From the NCBI GenBank assembly GCA_964554245.1, contig CAZKNP010000002.1:9894-73893 (forward strand): a DNA stretch of 64,000 nt, in the 5' to 3' direction. This document shows, piece by piece, positions 46,107 through 54,144 of this stretch. The position numbers were made by a program, and so were the translations under genes. The stretch's first letter is position 1; each line of letters starts with the position of its first letter. This DNA is from an uncultured Candidatus Saccharibacteria bacterium (GTDB lineage Bacteria; Patescibacteriota; Saccharimonadia; Saccharimonadales; UBA4665). The notes beneath the pieces are model-generated. The model did no database searches and was not told where the DNA came from. It was given only the letters and a program-made list of their open reading frames with translations.

Positions 46107-46688
46107 ATGAGCTTCTTACAAGATATGTTAAAAAACGAACTTAATGATATGGTCAAAGATCAGCTGGCGGTCCGCGCTGGCGTACCAAGTGAAAAGTCTT
46201 CTGGTGTAGTTGACGACGTGGTGTCGGCGCTGCTAGGTGGTTTGAAATCGAACGTCAAGACTAAAGATGGTGCGACCTCGCTAGATGCGGCTCTGTCAAA
46301 AGATCATGATGGATCAATTCTGGGCGATATTCTTGGTATGACTTCAAAAAAATCAGTTCAGACTGATGGCTCAAAAATTATCGGACATATTTTTGGCTCG
46401 CAGGAGAATAAGATTTTAGACGGTTTGAGCAAGAAGACTGGCCTCTCGAAAGAAATCCTAGGTACTCTCATGGCAGTAATAGCCCCGATCATTCTCGGAA
46501 AACTCGGTCAAACCAAGAAGGCTAATGCTCTAAGCGCCGAAGACATCGCTGACGAGATTAGTTCCGAAAAGGGCCCAAATGATGGTTTGCTAGATTCATT
46601 TGGCGGTATGCTTGACCGTGACGGCGATGGTAGCATCGTTGACGATGTTATTGATATCGGCTCCAGTTTGTTTGGCAAGAAGAAATAA
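46107..46688 (+). CDS. DUF937-family protein with C-terminal DxDxDG loop
   Basis: ALLGGL...DHDGSILGDILG...GSKIIGHIFG...APIILGKLG pattern typical of DUF937. C-terminal DRDGDGSIVDD. Confidence 0.62.
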   Translation: MSFLQDMLKNELNDMVKDQLAVRAGVPSEKSSGVVDDVVSALLGGLKSNVKTKDGATSLDAALSKDHDGSILGDILGMTSKKSVQTDGSKIIGHIFGSQENKILDGLSKKTGLSKEILGTLMAVIAPIILGKLGQTKKANALSAEDIADEISSEKGPNDGLLDSFGGMLDRDGDGSIVDDVIDIGSSLFGKKK

Positions 46689-46710
46689 TCATCAGCGCAC
46701 CTAAAGTCGT

Positions 46711-46741
46711 TTGACAGATACAGGCGCTAGACGTGTATACT
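46711..46741 (+). promoter_or_regulatory. Promoter; the downstream gene is predicted to be leaderless
   Basis: TTGACA (46711-46716), 19-nt spacer, TATACT (46736-46741), then 7 nt to ATG 46749. No SD. Confidence 0.45.
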
Positions 46742-46748
46742 GTTCGCT

Positions 46749-47765
46749 ATGGAAGAAGACACTAAATTACCAGAAGAGGCGGTGGAGAATACCGTCGACA
46801 AACCTGAAGAGGTTGATGTATTTGCCTGGGCGAACAACCTAGTGCAGTACAAAGACGAGCTTAAGATTGAACTATTTTTTATATCAAAAAATTATGTTCT
46901 CTACAGGACTAGTTTGACTGACGGTCTGAAGGGTCAGTTGGAGCCAATTTTTATTGACGAAATGCTCGAATATATACTGGACGGGGCAGACGATGGCTTG
47001 ATTGTGCGCAGCTTCGAGCAGGCTGAGCAAGAAAAGGGAGTCCTACAGAAGACTGAAGTCGATAAGGTCGAAAAGCTCCGCGAAACACTTGGTTGGCTAA
47101 CTACTCAAGAGCGTGAAATCGTTCTCTTCAAGGAAGAGGAGCACGATATTAATCATATGAAGGGCGTCTTCGCGCGCATTACTCACCCCGAAATAAAGAA
47201 GCCGTTCTATGTGGCCAAGGCTTTGCCAAGATCTCAAGTTATGAAGGGTAAGGCAGGCTGGATGCTGCGATCGGACAAGTTTATGCCGTTTGATGCCGAG
47301 GCGGCCATGCGATTGCCGGCCGACCCACAGATGCTGGTGATTGGACATGAACTATTCGTCTTCAATCAATCAAAGCTAAAAACATTATTTGGCTATGACG
47401 CCAAAGAAGCCGCCATTGCGGAAGCAAAGATTCGTGAAATCGAAGAAGCGTATGGCCTAAGTTTTGCTGAAGGTGTCGGTATTAATGCGCTAGCTAAGGG
47501 AAAGAAAGCTTTGATTCAAAAGCTACAGAAGCTTGAAGTTGGCAAGGTTACCCAAGAGCAGGCGCTTGACTACGCCGAAGAGATGGACCTGAATTTGATG
47601 CCCGACGAACAGGGTAAGATCATTATCATGGACGAAAAAGACCTGACAACTTTTGTCAACATCATCAACGAAGATTACTGGGTGTCGCCTCTAACAGGGG
47701 AGCGTTATGAAATTATCAAGAAGCGTCCGCTCAAATCCTCGTCTGACGAAGAAGAATTGATCTAG
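46749..47765 (+). CDS. Hypothetical protein, DUF4868/KwaB-like (tentative)
   Basis: ~338 aa, soluble and acidic. The overall pattern (N-terminal ELFFISKNYVLYRT, C-terminal LVIGHELFVFNQSKLKTLFGYD) resembles my recollection of DUF4868. Not verified. Confidence 0.45.
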   Translation: MEEDTKLPEEAVENTVDKPEEVDVFAWANNLVQYKDELKIELFFISKNYVLYRTSLTDGLKGQLEPIFIDEMLEYILDGADDGLIVRSFEQAEQEKGVLQKTEVDKVEKLRETLGWLTTQEREIVLFKEEEHDINHMKGVFARITHPEIKKPFYVAKALPRSQVMKGKAGWMLRSDKFMPFDAEAAMRLPADPQMLVIGHELFVFNQSKLKTLFGYDAKEAAIAEAKIREIEEAYGLSFAEGVGINALAKGKKALIQKLQKLEVGKVTQEQALDYAEEMDLNLMPDEQGKIIIMDEKDLTTFVNIINEDYWVSPLTGERYEIIKKRPLKSSSDEEELI

Positions 47766-47774
47766 TACTAAAAT

Positions 47775-47803
47775 TTGACAAAATATAACCACAAGCGTAT
47801 AAT
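47775..47803 (+). promoter_or_regulatory. Consensus sigma70 promoter
   Basis: TTGACA (47775-47780), 17-nt spacer, TATAAT (47798-47803). ATG 47813 lies 9 nt downstream. Confidence 0.7.
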
Positions 47804-47812
47804 AGTGCAACT

Positions 47813-47977
47813 ATGCTTAATGCGAGTGGGGAGACTCTGGGGAGTATTTATGACAGAGGCGAACAAGCGATTCGCCGTTTTGATGTGGTCGGGGGAGTGG
47901 TTTTTATTGCCCTGGGCGCGGTGGCAGTTGGTCTTCACCCGCTAAAGCACTTGGCTAGGGAGTGGCGGGAAGCATGA
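47813..47977 (+). CDS. 54-aa single-TM mini-protein (not in the ORF track)
   Basis: Hand translation: MLNASGETLGSIYDRGEQAIRRFDVVGGVVFIALGAVAVGLHPLKHLAREWREA. Sits directly behind the consensus promoter. Its stop overlaps the next ATG (ATGA). Confidence 0.4.
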   Translation: MLNASGETLGSIYDRGEQAIRRFDVVGGVVFIALGAVAVGLHPLKHLAREWREA

Positions 47978-48183
47978 ATAAGGGTAAAGAAAAGAAGAAG
48001 CTGACCACTAAAACCGCTGAGCTCGCACGTGATATTAACATCGTGACAGGTGTCGGGAAAGTGGCGGTCGGGGTGCTTTTTCCGCCGTCGGCGATCATTA
48101 TGTACCCTTGGGCGGCTCTGGATGCCGCAACGGCCGTTGGAGCACATGCAGTTGCTAAGCATCTGGACAAGAAGAAAAAGTAA
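47974..48183 (+). CDS. 69-aa Lys-capped membrane mini-protein
   Basis: MNKGKEKKK...hydrophobic core...KHLDKKKK. ATG 47974 overlaps the stop of the upstream mini-ORF. The track lists 47962 as an alternative start. Confidence 0.45.
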   Translation: MNKGKEKKKLTTKTAELARDINIVTGVGKVAVGVLFPPSAIIMYPWAALDAATAVGAHAVAKHLDKKKK

Positions 48184-48217
48184 CATACTTCATCCTTAAG
48201 TCAGCTTGTGCTGAGCG

Positions 48218-48226
48218 TGATATAGT
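48218..48226 (+). promoter_or_regulatory. Extended -10 promoter upstream of the helicase gene
   Basis: TGaTATAGT, preceded by a TCAGC/GCTGA hairpin. Confidence 0.35.
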
Positions 48227-48262
48227 GTCATTAGAGTAAATTAAAGAGAGTAGCAAAGAGTA

Positions 48263-49789
48263 ATGAGGCAGGCGCAGGCGCTGACGGTGATGATGAGCGG
48301 TCGATCGGTTTTCTTGACCGGTGCACCTGGTGCCGGTAAGACCTATGTACTGAACGACTTTATTCGTGAGGCCCGTATTGCCGGAAAGACGGTGGCAGTG
48401 ACAGCTAGTACCGGTATAGCGGCGACGCACGTCGGTGGTACGACGATACATAGTTGGTCGGGTGTGGGTATCAAAACCAACTTAAGTCAGTGGGATGCCG
48501 AACGCATATCGTCAAACACCAAATTGATCAAGCGCTTTAACGCCACAGATGTGCTGGTGATCGACGAAGTATCGATGTTGCCCGGATCTGTCCTCGACTC
48601 TGTTAATGTGATTGCAAAAATTATCCGTAAAAACCCTGAACCTTTCGGCGGCATGCAGGTGGTCTTAGTGGGCGACTTGTTTCAGCTTCCGCCAATTTCA
48701 AAATACGGTGAAGCAGTTGATTTTGCGCACCTATCAGCGGCTTGGTCTGAGCTTGATCCGGCGGTCTGCTACCTAGATGAACAACACCGGGTTATGAGTG
48801 GCGATAGTTTGCTTGATTTACTGAGCGCTATGCGCTCAGGAGAGGTGAATGAGTTTCACGAGATGGCTATATCTGAGCGACTGGGCAAAGAACCGGATGC
48901 AGTTCGCGACGGTGTGGTGACGAAGCTTTATTCTCATAATCTTGACGTCGACGCCATCAATCAAAAGCATCTCGCGGCCCTAGGTGGCGTCAAAAGACGT
49001 TACACTATGGCGATCTCGGGCGACAAGGCTAAGCGCGAGCAGCTGACGCGTGGGTTGATTGCTCCGGAGGTTCTGGAATTAACTGAGGGGGCCGAAGTTA
49101 TGTTCGTGGCGAACAACTTTACCAAGGGCTTTGTTAACGGCACAAGGGGTACGGTCATTGGATTTAAGGGAGATAATCCGCTAGTTCTGGTTCGCGACCG
49201 TGAATTAGTGGTCGAACCGCACTCCTGGCGGCTTGAAGAGGATGATCGGGTAAGGGCAGAGGCAGTGCAGTACCCGCTCAGGCTTGCCTGGGCTATCACT
49301 ATTCATAAAAGTCAGGGCATGAGCCTTGACGCCGCCGAGATTGATTTATCGCGTAGCTTTGCGCCCGGTATGGGCTATGTAGCCTTAAGCCGAGTCAGGG
49401 GCATGGACGGGGTGTTTCTGAAAGGCATCAATCACCGCGCACTGCAGCTACACCCGCTTATCTTTGAGGCAGATGAGGTGTTTCGTCGGTCTTCGGATGA
49501 ATTGGCGGAGGTTCACGATGATTATGTGCCGGTTAAAAATGCTTTTCCGGTTGAAGACCCATTATTATTCCAGGCGCTAAAGGAATGGCGTAGCGACCGA
49601 GCGAGCGCCGATAAAGTTGCGCCTTTTATGATCCTGCATGACAAAACCCTCCACGCGCTGTCTTTAAGGTGTCCGAACTCCGTTCAGCTACTCATGGGCG
49701 TGCCCGGATTTGGTAAGATCAAGATTGAAAAATACGGGTCCGAGATTATTAATTTGATTGATAATCACCAAAAAAGTACAGAGGCCTAG
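48263..49789 (+). CDS. Pif1/RecD-family SF1B helicase with C-terminal HRDC-like domain
   Basis: Walker A GAPGAGKTY, Walker B VIDEVSML, LVGDLFQLPP, AITIHKSQGMSLD. The C-terminal LFQALKEWRSDRA...FMILHDKTLHALS...GVPGFGKIKIEKYG is HRDC-like. Confidence 0.85.
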   Translation: MRQAQALTVMMSGRSVFLTGAPGAGKTYVLNDFIREARIAGKTVAVTASTGIAATHVGGTTIHSWSGVGIKTNLSQWDAERISSNTKLIKRFNATDVLVIDEVSMLPGSVLDSVNVIAKIIRKNPEPFGGMQVVLVGDLFQLPPISKYGEAVDFAHLSAAWSELDPAVCYLDEQHRVMSGDSLLDLLSAMRSGEVNEFHEMAISERLGKEPDAVRDGVVTKLYSHNLDVDAINQKHLAALGGVKRRYTMAISGDKAKREQLTRGLIAPEVLELTEGAEVMFVANNFTKGFVNGTRGTVIGFKGDNPLVLVRDRELVVEPHSWRLEEDDRVRAEAVQYPLRLAWAITIHKSQGMSLDAAEIDLSRSFAPGMGYVALSRVRGMDGVFLKGINHRALQLHPLIFEADEVFRRSSDELAEVHDDYVPVKNAFPVEDPLLFQALKEWRSDRASADKVAPFMILHDKTLHALSLRCPNSVQLLMGVPGFGKIKIEKYGSEIINLIDNHQKSTEA

Positions 49790-49799
49790 CTAGTTTAAC

Positions 49800-49808
49800 T
49801 GGTATGAT
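49800..49808 (+). promoter_or_regulatory. Extended -10 promoter; the NYN gene is predicted to be leaderless
   Basis: TGgTATGAT, then 6 nt, then ATG 49815. No SD. Confidence 0.5.
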
Positions 49809-49814
49809 AGGTAT

Positions 49815-50447
49815 ATGACTGAACAGAAAAACAATTCTAAGGCCAAGTCTCAATTTCCTTGGTGGCGCCAGAGGAGTCCGAAGGCGCTGGAAAAACCAAC
49901 CCCACTTCACAACTATGCCTTTATTGATAGTCAAAATTTGAATCTTGGTGTTCAGAAGTCTGGTTGGAAGATGGACTGGAAGAAGTTTAGAGAGTGGCTA
50001 AAGAGTGAATACGATGTATCGCACGCCTTCATGTTTATCGGCTATATGTCTGAAAATGAAACACTCTATGAACAGATGCATGATCATGGGTTTTTGGTGG
50101 TCCTAAAGCCGACCAACGAAATCATGATGGTCGACAAGCCGGGCGACAAAAAAGATGACGATAAAGAAAAAGTGCCAGTCAAGGGTAATATTGACGCTGA
50201 TCTAGTTTTGTATGCAATGAAAGAGCAGCAGAATTACAAAAAGGCGGTTATTGTCAGTAATGACGGTGATTTCTTTAGCTTGCTTGAATATCTACAGGAG
50301 CAGAAAAAGTTATTACATTTAGTCACCCCAAGTTCACGCTACTCAATGCTCCTCAAGCCATTCGAATCACTTATTGTTAACCTTGATCACCATAAATCAC
50401 GCCTAGCCTACAGGACATACTCGAAGAAGCGTCAGAAGCGAAGTTGA
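49815..50447 (+). CDS. NYN-domain (LabA/PIN-like) putative ribonuclease
   Basis: AFIDSQNL, NIDADLVLYAM and VIVSNDGDFFSLL acidic motifs typical of NYN/LabA. Confidence 0.8.
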   Translation: MTEQKNNSKAKSQFPWWRQRSPKALEKPTPLHNYAFIDSQNLNLGVQKSGWKMDWKKFREWLKSEYDVSHAFMFIGYMSENETLYEQMHDHGFLVVLKPTNEIMMVDKPGDKKDDDKEKVPVKGNIDADLVLYAMKEQQNYKKAVIVSNDGDFFSLLEYLQEQKKLLHLVTPSSRYSMLLKPFESLIVNLDHHKSRLAYRTYSKKRQKRS

Positions 50448-50468
50448 TAGTATATTTAAGGTCTGTAT

Positions 50469-51527
50469 ATGTGTGACTATATGAATAAGGCGAAAAAAAT
50501 TGCTGCATACTTTAAGGCAGGTAGTGCTAGTGGTCACAGCGAGATAGATTATCGTTTAGTCGACGAAAGATTGCCGGTCTTGATTGCGATGGGTTTGCTG
50601 GCTGGCGCCGAAGCGCTTGGTATGCATAAGAGAACGAGGCGAGGGGAGTTTGATATCGAGCTGCAAGATAAGGGTGACCGAACTGACGGTTATTCAAGTC
50701 CTTTAACGGTGGCCGATAAGCTCGTTCACGAAAAGACGATCGATTTTTATATGAGATACTTTCCGCAAGATTCATTTGAGGGCGAAGAAGGTGCATGCAG
50801 AGTAGATGGTGCGGATGTAATTGTAGTCCAGGACGAAATTGACGGCACGCAGAACTTTTCCGTAGGAACAGGTGGTTTTTCGTATGTGAACGGTATTTAC
50901 GTAAAGAGCAGGGCGACTGGCTTATATGAACATATGACTTCATTAGTTTTTGACCCAGTCCAGTCAACTCTGTTTATAGCGGTCCTCGGGGAAGGTGCGC
51001 ACCGATTTGAGCTTGATGCAGATTACAATATCATTCATTCGCGTCCGATCGGCGTGGCTAATCTTAATGTTTATACTTCAAAGTTTGCGCCATACATACT
51101 CATGGATACGATGGGGTTAGGTGAGGATCCAATCTTGCGCTGCGTCTTGCAGAAAATTGGTTACAAAGTTGAGCCACAGTCTGGTTCCGGGCTTAAGGTT
51201 GCGGCGGTTGCCTCTGAGGGAGTGGTTTGCGCTATGTTCAGGTCGCAGCGAGGCAATCCCGATCCGGGCGATGTTGCTCTGGCGTCGCTTTTAGTCACGG
51301 AAGGCTCAGGCAGTCTGGCGACGTCGATTTCCGGCGGAGCCTTACTTAATAATTCGCGACAGTTTTATGATGGATACGCTATTGGAGGACCGTTGGCGCA
51401 TCGACATATCGTTGAAGCAAGTAAAGCCATATCTGATGAGCTAAATTCACTTGGCAAAACTCAAGACGATCTGACACCCAGTCAATGGGAGGAGATCGCT
51501 CAGTCTATTGCCGATGATATTGAATAA
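50469..51527 (+). CDS. Inositol-monophosphatase-family phosphatase (long form)
   Basis: SPLTVADKLVHE, VQDEIDGTQNF (DPIDGT-like) and GSGLKVAAVASEG motifs. ~90 aa longer than typical IMPases. The start may be 50481. Confidence 0.72.
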   Translation: MCDYMNKAKKIAAYFKAGSASGHSEIDYRLVDERLPVLIAMGLLAGAEALGMHKRTRRGEFDIELQDKGDRTDGYSSPLTVADKLVHEKTIDFYMRYFPQDSFEGEEGACRVDGADVIVVQDEIDGTQNFSVGTGGFSYVNGIYVKSRATGLYEHMTSLVFDPVQSTLFIAVLGEGAHRFELDADYNIIHSRPIGVANLNVYTSKFAPYILMDTMGLGEDPILRCVLQKIGYKVEPQSGSGLKVAAVASEGVVCAMFRSQRGNPDPGDVALASLLVTEGSGSLATSISGGALLNNSRQFYDGYAIGGPLAHRHIVEASKAISDELNSLGKTQDDLTPSQWEEIAQSIADDIE

Positions 51528-51552
51528 ATAATTTTTATAATCAGTAAATTAG

Positions 51553-51558
51553 TATAAT
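51553..51558 (+). promoter_or_regulatory. -10 box; the LysR gene is predicted to be leaderless
   Basis: TATAAT, then 8 nt, then ATG 51567. No SD. A second TATAAT lies at 51536-51541. Confidence 0.4.
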
Positions 51559-51566
51559 ATACGATT

Positions 51567-52496
51567 ATGGAAGAGAGGCTTCAGAAGTTTGTGAAGTTGA
51601 TTGAGGCTGGTAGTTTTACAAAAGCTGCTGTCAAGATGCACGTTTCACAGCCGGCGCTAACAGTGGCGATTGCGAAGCTAGAAAAAGAACTAGGGTCGCA
51701 TCTTCTGCTACGCGAAGGCCATTCTATAAAAATGACAGAAGCGGGCAGGGCGGCTTTCGAGGCTGGCCGCGCCCAGGCTGTAGTACTTGATGACCTAAAG
51801 GCTGATCTTAGGGAGATATCTAATCAAAAGCCAGTCGTTCGTATTGGCATGGTTGACGCTGTAGCATCGGCTCTTTGGATATTTCAGAAGCCTTTGGCTG
51901 AACTCGGTCGTGTTGCTGATGTGTCTGTGATAGTCAATGATTCTAGTCATCTTCGTCAGGTTGCCGCAAGGCGAGAGCTTGATTTGGCGGTTGTTTTTTC
52001 GTCTAAAAACGATGAATCGGGCCTTAAAGAAGAGTCCATCGGCAGTGAGATATTGCTTCTGGTGACCGCTCCGAGTATTGCCGATACAAAAAATGAGCAG
52101 ATAAACAACAGTCGTTTAACTGATTATGTCAGTTTTGATCAGCAGTCATCAATGTTCGATATGGCTAATAAGGCGCTAGCCGATTTTGGTATCGTATCAA
52201 CTCCGAAACTACAGTCAACAAGCACGGAAGTTTTAACCAGGATGGCTCTTGCTGGTGACGTCGTAGCTTTTTTGCCTTATTCTGCGGTCCGCGGACACTT
52301 GCTAACTAAAAGCCTGGTGCCACTTTTTGCTGATGGGGAAATTATTAAAGCCAGACAGGAATTATCTATCATTAGCCCTGTTCGCAAGCGGCAGAGAGAG
52401 GCAGTTGAGGTATTCTTGGCTGAAGTCAAAAAATCTCTCGACCAAGCCAATCAGGAAGCAGTTACAGCGCTCGCAAATATGAAGCGACGAGGTTAA
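51567..52496 (+). CDS. LysR-family transcriptional regulator
   Basis: N-terminal wHTH FTKAAVKMHVSQPALTVAIAKLEKELG plus a ~200-aa substrate-binding domain. Confidence 0.9.
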   Translation: MEERLQKFVKLIEAGSFTKAAVKMHVSQPALTVAIAKLEKELGSHLLLREGHSIKMTEAGRAAFEAGRAQAVVLDDLKADLREISNQKPVVRIGMVDAVASALWIFQKPLAELGRVADVSVIVNDSSHLRQVAARRELDLAVVFSSKNDESGLKEESIGSEILLLVTAPSIADTKNEQINNSRLTDYVSFDQQSSMFDMANKALADFGIVSTPKLQSTSTEVLTRMALAGDVVAFLPYSAVRGHLLTKSLVPLFADGEIIKARQELSIISPVRKRQREAVEVFLAEVKKSLDQANQEAVTALANMKRRG

Positions 52497-52500
52497 AATT

Positions 52501-53187
52501 ATGACAATGAAAAAGAATCATAACAATAGACCGGCAAAAAAAGGTTTTGTGGGTAGTGTTGTCGATCTGGTGGCCGTTTCGGGTGTGAGAGTTATGCACT
52601 CCTTGGCGTCTCTCATACATAAAACATCCAACGGTAAGGTTCATCCTAACGATATTACTTTTGTGTTATTGCTGGCACACGTGCTAATTGCGCTGTTGAT
52701 TGCCAAAAACTATTTATTAATCGCTGGGTTATTGCTGTTGTTGACAAGTATATTTAGTGCCTTGGACGGCGAGTTGGCAAGACTACAGAAAACGGTCAGT
52801 GATAGGGGTGGTATGTTCGAAGCGGTGGCGGAGCGTATGCAGGAGCTGATGATTTATCTCGGGATAGTTTATCTGCTTGCGGGTAATGGACTATCAGGTT
52901 GGGTGTATGTAGTGACGCTTCTGGCTTGCGGCGCTTCGTTAGTGATGCCCTATGTTCGGGCAAAGGGCGAGGCGATTATTTCGACTTATGGTCACGAGCT
53001 GCCGTACAAAACACTCCAGCGTATCTATTCTGGAAGTTTTGCTCCATATGCGCTCCGCATCAGTTTAACATCGGTAGGCTTGATTGTAGGGATCGATCTA
53101 TTGCCATGGTTTATTTTGCTGACAGCCATAATTACTTCGCTTGCGCTCCTTGAGCGGATTTATATAATAATGCGTCATTTACGCTAG
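52501..53187 (+). CDS. CDP-alcohol phosphatidyltransferase-family protein with variant (D->E) metal motif
   Basis: DGELAR-x8-G-x3-E-x3-E (LDGELARLQKTVSDRGGMFEAVAERMQE) against the canonical DGxxARx8Gx3Dx3D. ~6 TM. Confidence 0.78.
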   Translation: MTMKKNHNNRPAKKGFVGSVVDLVAVSGVRVMHSLASLIHKTSNGKVHPNDITFVLLLAHVLIALLIAKNYLLIAGLLLLLTSIFSALDGELARLQKTVSDRGGMFEAVAERMQELMIYLGIVYLLAGNGLSGWVYVVTLLACGASLVMPYVRAKGEAIISTYGHELPYKTLQRIYSGSFAPYALRISLTSVGLIVGIDLLPWFILLTAIITSLALLERIYIIMRHLR

Positions 53188-53270
53188 CGGACTGTCGTAA
53201 AGTGTTGAATTTCCAGATTAATACCAAGATTGTTATACTAACTACATTCAGATGATTATCAAAAAACATT

Positions 53271-53840
53271 ATGTTGCTTAATATAGTCCAGGAAATTTTT
53301 TTTGCACTCTGGTTTTTCTTGCCAGCTGGCATCGCCAATATGATGCCGGTGTTTGCAGCCCGCTGGCCATTTATTAAGAATTTTAATTTTCCGATGGATT
53401 TCGGCAAGAGTTTTAGGGGCAAACGAGTTTTTGGTGACCATAAAACCATTCGCGGCCTGATTGTTGGCATTATTTTTGCCACGATTACATTGTGGTTGCA
53501 GCAAATTGCAGTTCAGAATGTTGGCTGGTTGGGCGATTGGACGAGTCACGTTAATTATGAATCGATGAATACTTGGATCTTGGGTCCGCTGTTTGCGCTA
53601 GGTGCGTTGCTCGGCGATGCGATTGAGAGCTTCTTTAAGCGTCAAGTTGGCATTAAGCCTGGTGACGGCTGGTTCCCGTTTGATCAGACAGATTATATTA
53701 TTGGCGGGGCAATCGCCACTATGCCGTTCGTGGCGCTGTCGATCCCGCAGTACTTGCTACTGATCGCTATCTGGTTTGTAGTCCACATTGTCGCAACAAC
53801 TATCGGTTATTTGATAGGGGTCAAGGACAAACCGATCTAG
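53271..53840 (+). CDS. CarS-family (CDP-archaeol synthase-like, former DUF46) cytidylyltransferase
   Basis: LPAGIANMMPV...PMDFGKSFRGKRVFGDHKTIRGL and LLGDAIESFFKRQVGIKPGDGWFPFDQTDY closely parallel archaeal CarS as I remember it (PIDFGK..GKRILGDGKTWRG; FGDL.GSFIKRR.G...G...P..DQ). Confidence 0.85.
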   Translation: MLLNIVQEIFFALWFFLPAGIANMMPVFAARWPFIKNFNFPMDFGKSFRGKRVFGDHKTIRGLIVGIIFATITLWLQQIAVQNVGWLGDWTSHVNYESMNTWILGPLFALGALLGDAIESFFKRQVGIKPGDGWFPFDQTDYIIGGAIATMPFVALSIPQYLLLIAIWFVVHIVATTIGYLIGVKDKPI

Positions 53841-54092
53841 GGCGCTTTTGCTACTTACCGTTTATTATTGAAAGAACAATCGCTACGGTTAATGCCTTGT
53901 GGTAAGTTGAGGTCATCAGGATAATTCAGTATTTATTAATGCTCTGAGCTCTTGGAGCGGGTTAGTCTGTCGGCTGATAATTTACTATTGTCAGTTTGAC
54001 GGGCGTTACACAATAAGCTTTCCTAGGCTCCTATTTATTGCAATAATTCCAAACCCATATATGCGGAAAATTCAAAAATGTGCTAAAAAGTA

Positions 54093-54121
54093 TTGACAAA
54101 ACGCTAATGTTTTGCTACTAT
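54093..54121 (+). promoter_or_regulatory. Consensus sigma70 promoter with extended -10
   Basis: TTGACA (54093-54098), 17-nt spacer, TGcTACTAT (54113-54121). Shares TTGACAAAAC...TTTGCTAC with the promoter at 31085. Confidence 0.7.
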
Positions 54122-54144
54122 GATAGTGTTAAATAACAAAAGTT

